Shown here one piece after another: positions 57,801 to 64,000 of a stretch of 64,000 bases of DNA; within the stretch, counting starts at the first letter, position 1; each line of letters starts with the position of its first letter. Made by a program: the position numbers and the translations under genes. The stretch comes from Eledone cirrhosa. Taxonomy: Eukaryota. The DNA lies in assembly GCA_964016885.1 (NCBI GenBank), contig CAXHJY010001591.1, positions 62,001 to 126,000 on the forward strand, given 5' to 3'. The notes under the pieces are model-generated. The model saw only the letters and a list, made by a program, of their open reading frames with translations. It was not told the origin of the DNA and did no database searches.

Positions 57801-58513
57801 AAAAGATTCTAAATTGATAAAGAATTGAATATTAGCTGTATACTTTGTGAAATGTTTTATGGAATTTATGCAAGCTGATAGAAAACAAGTCAGTGCGTCT
57901 ATTTATTATAGAATCTAAATTAGATATAATGGTAAATTTTTCATTTAGACAGAGATTGCAAATTTTGGATAGAGAACTGTTCAAGTATGAGGACGCAGAA
58001 GAAACCTTCTCCCAAAAGATGCTATATTTAATATTTTTGTCTTTCAAGGACCATATGAGTTCTGAGAGAGCCGTGTTGGTTCTTTTAAGTTTGTATTTAA
58101 AAGACGAATGATGGTTATAAAGACGAGCTTTAAAAGAGGTGGAAGTGGAGCCAAAATAGGTGAAGGAATTGGTGTCAGTTATAACTTTACATTCGTAAAT
58201 TAAGTTTTTATCAAGACAATGGTTGTTGAGAGGACATTTATTTTTAATAGAGCAATTGCAATTGCGATTAGAGAGATTATTAATGAGTGACCTAATGTTA
58301 TCTATAGAAGGAATTGGATTGGAGAAGTTATTTGCGATAGGAATAATAGTTTCTTGATTTAGAATGGGATTAAGAACATTTAGCGAAGTTGTGTTTGACG
58401 TTGTATTTGGGTTTGTAGAAATTAGCCTAGGGTTTACAATGACGTCGGGAGTACTATTACTATTATTATGGTATTCAGTGTTGGAAGGAAGAGATTTAGT
58501 ATTTAATATTTTA
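54805..58513 (-). mobile_element. Family B Naiad in partial-tandem (pLTR) arrangement: upstream 3' part 58513-56825, leader, ORF start 56654, internal deletion near 55470, 3' tail to 54805
   Basis: MDYYNITNSTKDIPIP..FVRRFRW, HSDKTNNLY, FDIASYYSSI, IYRDDG; 54805-55468 is repeated at 56825-57490; two hammerheads. Confidence 0.88.
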
Positions 58514-58592
58514 TCTTAAATTGCAACATAGTTAACCTTAATATTATTAAGAACAATATACGTAATCTCTTTAACCAACATAACCTAAAAAT

Positions 58593-61051
58593 TGACATCC
58601 TAAAGCCAAGCAGACGCACTGCCAACAACTTCCAGGCGTCTAACAATGGAATACCACCCTTGTATGGGCTCCGCAAAGACCACAAGACAGTCGACGACCC
58701 GACAACAGGACCACCAACGAGACCCGTATGCGGAGCTAATATAGCTAGCAACTACAGGATCTCCTACTTCCTCTCAATGGTTATACGCCCCATAATCAAG
58801 ATGTCCCCAGATGTATGTGACAGTACAGAGGACCTCCTCAGCAGAATCAGTGAGTGCAACAAAAACAGGAACCTATCCAACTGGATAATAGGCAGTATGG
58901 ATATGGTATCACTATACCCATCCATCAACATTGATTTTGCTGTGGAAAATGTGTGGAGATGTTCATTGAGAGCGAGGTGGAGTTCTGCGACGTGGACACA
59001 GACGAACTGGGCCTCCTACTTAGACTTACCTACGACACTGACTACCTAGACAGCCATGACCTTAGACGTTTCTGCCCCAGTAGACCCATAAAAGGTAGAC
59101 CCCCCCCCCACTCCACCATAACCTCAATGGCAAAAAAGACTCCCATGGGAAGGTGGATTGGGTGGACCAAAGCTATACGGACCCCTAAAACAATGATCAG
59201 GTAAGAAAAATGATCGCACATGCAATAGGGGCTAGTATCAAAACTACCCTAAAGGGCCACATATTCAAGTTCAACGAGAAGATCTACACCCAAAATGAGG
59301 GAGCAGCCATTGGCGTCAGCATAGCTGGTGACGTTGCCAACCTTTTTATGGTATGGTGGGAAAGGAGACTCAAAGATCTCATTGAGAGCTCCATAGACCT
59401 CATCATGTACTCTCGTTACGTAGACGACATCAATATAATAATAAGGACATCCCACAAGAGAGCACTAACAAGTTTGATTTAGAACGTAGCACAATGGAAA
59501 GCATCCAGCAGATAGCTAATTCCATACACCAGAGTATAACTGTAACTATCGACTACCCTTCCAAACACCCTAACAATAGACTACCTGTATTAGACACGGA
59601 AATCTGGATTAACGCTATAGACGAGAGAGCCCAAATTCTCCACTCACACTATGCTAAACCCATGGCCTCCAAATACCTGATACTCAAAAACTCAGCAATG
59701 TCCACTAGTGCTAAGTTTAATATTCTGATCGCAGACTTGGTACGAGTGATGAAGGACGTGTCCCGCCTGTGCGACCCAAACAGAAATGGAAAGATACATC
59801 CAACACTTCATCAACCGCATGCAGTTTTCTGGCTACAACCAAAGAGACAGAATCAGAGTATACGAAGGATCCACGGGGAAGTATAAAACCCTCATAGAAC
59901 TGGACATGAAAGGAATTTGCCCATTATACAGGAGCAAATCATGGAATAGCTTAGATACGACTAGACATAAGATAGGGAAAGCCACCTCATGGTACGACAA
60001 CCAGAGATACCAGAGTGTTATGTTTGTGGACGCTACCCCTGGAGGGAAATTAGCTAACCAGTGTAGAAAGGCCTTGAGAAAGACCCACTTAAAGATTAAG
60101 GTGGTAGAAAAGCCAGGAACCACCATAAAATCCCTGATCACAAAACCTACCCTTTTAAGAAAACCCACTGTACTAATAGGAAATGTATCATATATAGAGT
60201 AAACCCCCGGATAAACTGTAAAACTAGAAACGTAGTCTATAGCATAAGATGTACAGAGGATACTTGCAGAAACATGACAACAACATACATAGGCGAGACA
60301 GCTCCTAGCATAGGTGAAAGGATAGACCAACACTGGACGAAAAAACGGTTCAGTACTATACGAACATGCCAGACAACAGCACAACGGTAGCATAGACAAC
60401 ATAGAAGTTAGAATAATATCTAAACATAGAATTGACCCAGCAGATAGGCAACTCAGAGAGGCCAGCGAAATAGAACTTAGAAGGCCAAGGCTAAACAGAA
60501 AAAATGAATGGAATAACAACAACACCCAAACAAACAACACTGACCTAAGAGAAGTATAAATAGATAGATAGATAAATAAATAGATAAATACATACACAAG
60601 CACAATAACAACAAACACATATAAACACACACTAGTAAACTAAGATAGAATACATTAACCAATACACAGTCACCCAAACAAGAACACACATCAAACAAAA
60701 CACTATACGCAAACGCATGCGCAGAGAAGACAAAAAAAACAAATAAATAAATAAATAAACAGACTAAATAAAGATGGCATAAGCATACAATGCAACGGGA
60801 GAAAATAAAATAGCAACACTGACGATGTTGCAGATGTGCAACGAAAGAACTTTGATAGACTATATATATGTGTTTGTGTCTATATTATATCTGTATTTTT
60901 GACCGTTGGTCAGTCAATGGCAACATTCAGGACCGAATAAATTAAATTAACCGATATAAAATACACAGAAGCGAAAACCAACCAAACAGTTAGTGTGTTC
61001 TGTTATTAATTCTGGCAATATTATTACACAAATATGACCCTCCCCAAGTAT

Positions 61052-61058
<7 letters not shown>
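58593..61058 (+). mobile_element. Second, more degraded copy of Neptune-like family N
   Basis: Colinear with 29073-31530; multiple frameshifts. Confidence 0.9.
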
Positions 61059-61131
<73 letters not shown>

Positions 61132-61134
61132 CTA

Positions 61135-61174
<40 letters not shown>

Positions 61175-62015
61175 TTTCAACAATGTCAGTATTCCGTGTG
61201 TCATAATTCTCGGCTATCATTGGTTCATAGGTTTCAAACGACTCCGCCCACCTCAACGACGCCAAACTTAAATTAATATGCATAATGCCAATGAGGGAGT
61301 AAAAGAGGAGAGTAAGAAATAGAGAGGCAAAGTGAACGCTATGTTGGATACACTACGTATATGTGTCAGTGTAGAGACGTGTGTGTGTGATGTGTGTGGA
61401 AATAAGAAGGGAAGGAAAGCAATAACTATTAACATGTGTGCGTGTGTATGTACGTGCGCGTATGTTTATATGTGTGTGCGTGCGTGCAGCGTTCCACAGA
61501 AAGTAAAAACTATCAACATGTGTGAGTGTGTGCGTGTGTGTAAGTGCACGGGTGCGTGTGTAAGTTTGCGTGCGTGTGCGCGTTTCCATGCGTGTATCTG
61601 TGTGTACATGCGGCGTTCCACAATCGCCACGCAGTTTATCTATCTGTGTGCCCGTCTGTCAGTCTAACATACACAGAGTTGTGAAGGGAGTAAATAGGGA
61701 CCTTTTTTTACATTGACGGACATCTTTTATATTTATTATTGTCATTTTTTGACAATTGCTCGAAATGAATACTGATAATAAAAGCAATTGGATTTTATCA
61801 AACAGTGAACTACAGCGGCGACAGCGTGCAGCCAGGAATGAAGAAAAACGGGCCGAAAGCGCCACCGGAACGCCGAACCTCAGAGACGAAGACATGCCGC
61901 CATGAATGAAGAGGAGCTGGCTGAAAAACGCCAACGAAACACTGGGGTCAAGCAGCGACGGCGTGCTGCGATGGTTGAAGACGAACTGGTTGAACATCAT
62001 ATTTTATATTAATTA

Positions 62016-62368
62016 TCTATATCTACATATAATATAAAAGATTGGAACTTCCATCATCCTTTTGAGAAACGTGGAACAACCACGTCTATGCAATGATACA
62101 CGTTTTACAGTCAGGCAGAAGATGAACCATCAGCTAGAGGTCACTATTCTAGGTGGGAGCACCTAGAATTGTTCATATACTATGCAAAAACGGTACAACG
62201 AAGAATCTGGTATATCTGGAAGATTTTTTTTACTGTTTTTTGTATCACACAGACACCACGGACTCGGCTCATACTGTAACCAGACAAACATCCAATACAG
62301 TCATTTTCTCTTTTACCTGTCTTCTCTTATCATCTGTTTACCCAAGTGAAGCTGGGTACGTCACCCTA

Positions 62369-62369
<1 letters not shown>
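62016..62369 (+). mobile_element. Short Helitron remnant
   Basis: IILLRNVEQPRLCNDTR and GTTKNLVY helicase remnants; 3' hairpin acccaagtgaagctgggt plus CTAG-T; 5' end uncertain. Confidence 0.75.
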
Positions 62370-62409
<40 letters not shown>

Positions 62410-62411
62410 TG

Positions 62412-62442
<31 letters not shown>

Positions 62443-62443
62443 G

Positions 62444-62476
<33 letters not shown>

Positions 62477-62477
62477 G

Positions 62478-62526
<49 letters not shown>

Positions 62527-62529
62527 GTG

Positions 62530-62560
<31 letters not shown>

Positions 62561-62976
62561 GTATATATATATGTATATATATATGTATATATATATATAT
62601 GTATATATATGTATGTATATATATATATTTATATATATATGTATATATATGTATGTATATATATATATGTATGTATATATATATATGTATGTATATATAT
62701 ATGTATGTATATATATATGTATGTATATATATATATGTATGTATATATATATATGTATGTATATATATATGTATATATATATGTATATGTATATATATAT
62801 GTATATATATATGTATATGTATATGTATATATGTATATATATATATATGTATATGTATATGTGTATGTATATGTGTATATATATATATATATGTATATGT
62901 ATATATATATATGTATATGTATATGTGTATGTATATGTGTATATATATATATATGTATATGTATATGTATATGTAT

Positions 62977-63008
<32 letters not shown>

Positions 63009-63010
63009 GT
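62370..63010. repeat. (TA)nTG array
   Basis: Direct reading. Confidence 0.97.
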
Positions 63011-63478
63011 ATAAGATAAATAAATAAATAAATACATACACAAGCACAATAACAACAAGCACATAAACACAAACTAGTCACCCATCACACAGCAAACATA
63101 ACACTATACACACACGCAAACGCATGCGCAAAGAAGACAAAATAAAATAAACAAACAAGCAAATAAATAAATAAATATATAGACAGACTGAATAAAAATG
63201 GCGTAGACATACAACACAACAGGAGGAAAATATAACACCACTGACGATGTTGCAGATGTGCAACGAAAGATTTATGATAAACTATATATATGTGTTTGTG
63301 TCTATATTGTATCTGTATTATTTTTGACCGTCGGTCAGTCAATGGCAACATTGAGGACCGAGTAAGTTAGATTACCGATATAAAAGACAGCGAGAAGCGA
63401 AAACCAACCAAACAGTGAGTGTGTTCTGTTATTAATTCTGGCAATATTACACAAATATGACCCTCCCCAAGTATAACA
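63011..63478 (+). mobile_element. Solo 3' end of family N with hammerhead
   Basis: Near-identical to 31072-31530. Confidence 0.88.
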
Positions 63479-63830
63479 TATATATATGTATATATATATA
63501 TATATATGTATATGCATATATATATGTATATATATATGTATATGTATATGTATATATATATGTACATGTATATATATATGTACATGTATATATATATGTA
63601 TATATATATGTATATGTATATATGTATATATATATATGTATATATATATGTGTGTATATATATATATATATGTGTGTATATATATATATATGTGTATATA
63701 TATATATGTGTATATATATGTGTGTATACATATGTGTGTATATATATATATATGTGTATATATATATATATATATATGTGTATATATATGTGTGTATATA
63801 TATATGTGTGTATATATATATGTATATATG

Positions 63831-64000
63831 TCAGGTCACCAGTTGGTGCTGCTGGTAACATGTATCCCAGTACAACCTGTCTCATGGTCGGGTCGTTGGC
63901 GACTAAACTGGCAACCCCACCAAGGTTTCTTGGTGAGGGGGGTGACTTTGGACATCATGCAGGACTAAAAACAAAACCTGTCAAATGGCAAAGGAGCTCT
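63831..64000 (+). mobile_element. Probable 5' part of the RTE-derived element, cut by the window edge
   Basis: Ends aacaaaacctg...tggcaaaggagc, overlapping the start of 31642-31900. Confidence 0.55.

Overview
Eukaryotic, gene-free, AT-rich repeat DNA. The host is probably an invertebrate; the SINE/RTE repertoire and the (TA)n load suggest an octopus-like cephalopod, which is inference only. Long irregular (TA)nTG microsatellite arrays are densely interrupted by nested retroelements: Penelope-like elements (PLEs) of the Naiad and Neptune types (RT + GIY-YIG), RTE, CR1-group and L1/Tx1 LINEs, tRNA-derived SINEs and two Helitron remnants. The many IYIY/YICI ORFs are microsatellite artefacts. Reading by eye finds about 29 type I hammerhead ribozyme motifs in about 13 sequence families, most of them near element 3' ends that abut (TA)n. 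Many PLE insertions are capped at both sides by outward-facing ribozyme-bearing 3' ends. These appear as inverted caps, pure palindromes, a 183-bp hairpin whose loop is the ribozyme core, and Naiad/Neptune head-to-head composites. A non-coding ~432-bp tandem hammerhead unit looks like a retrozyme. All coordinates and pairings were read manually and need computational confirmation.
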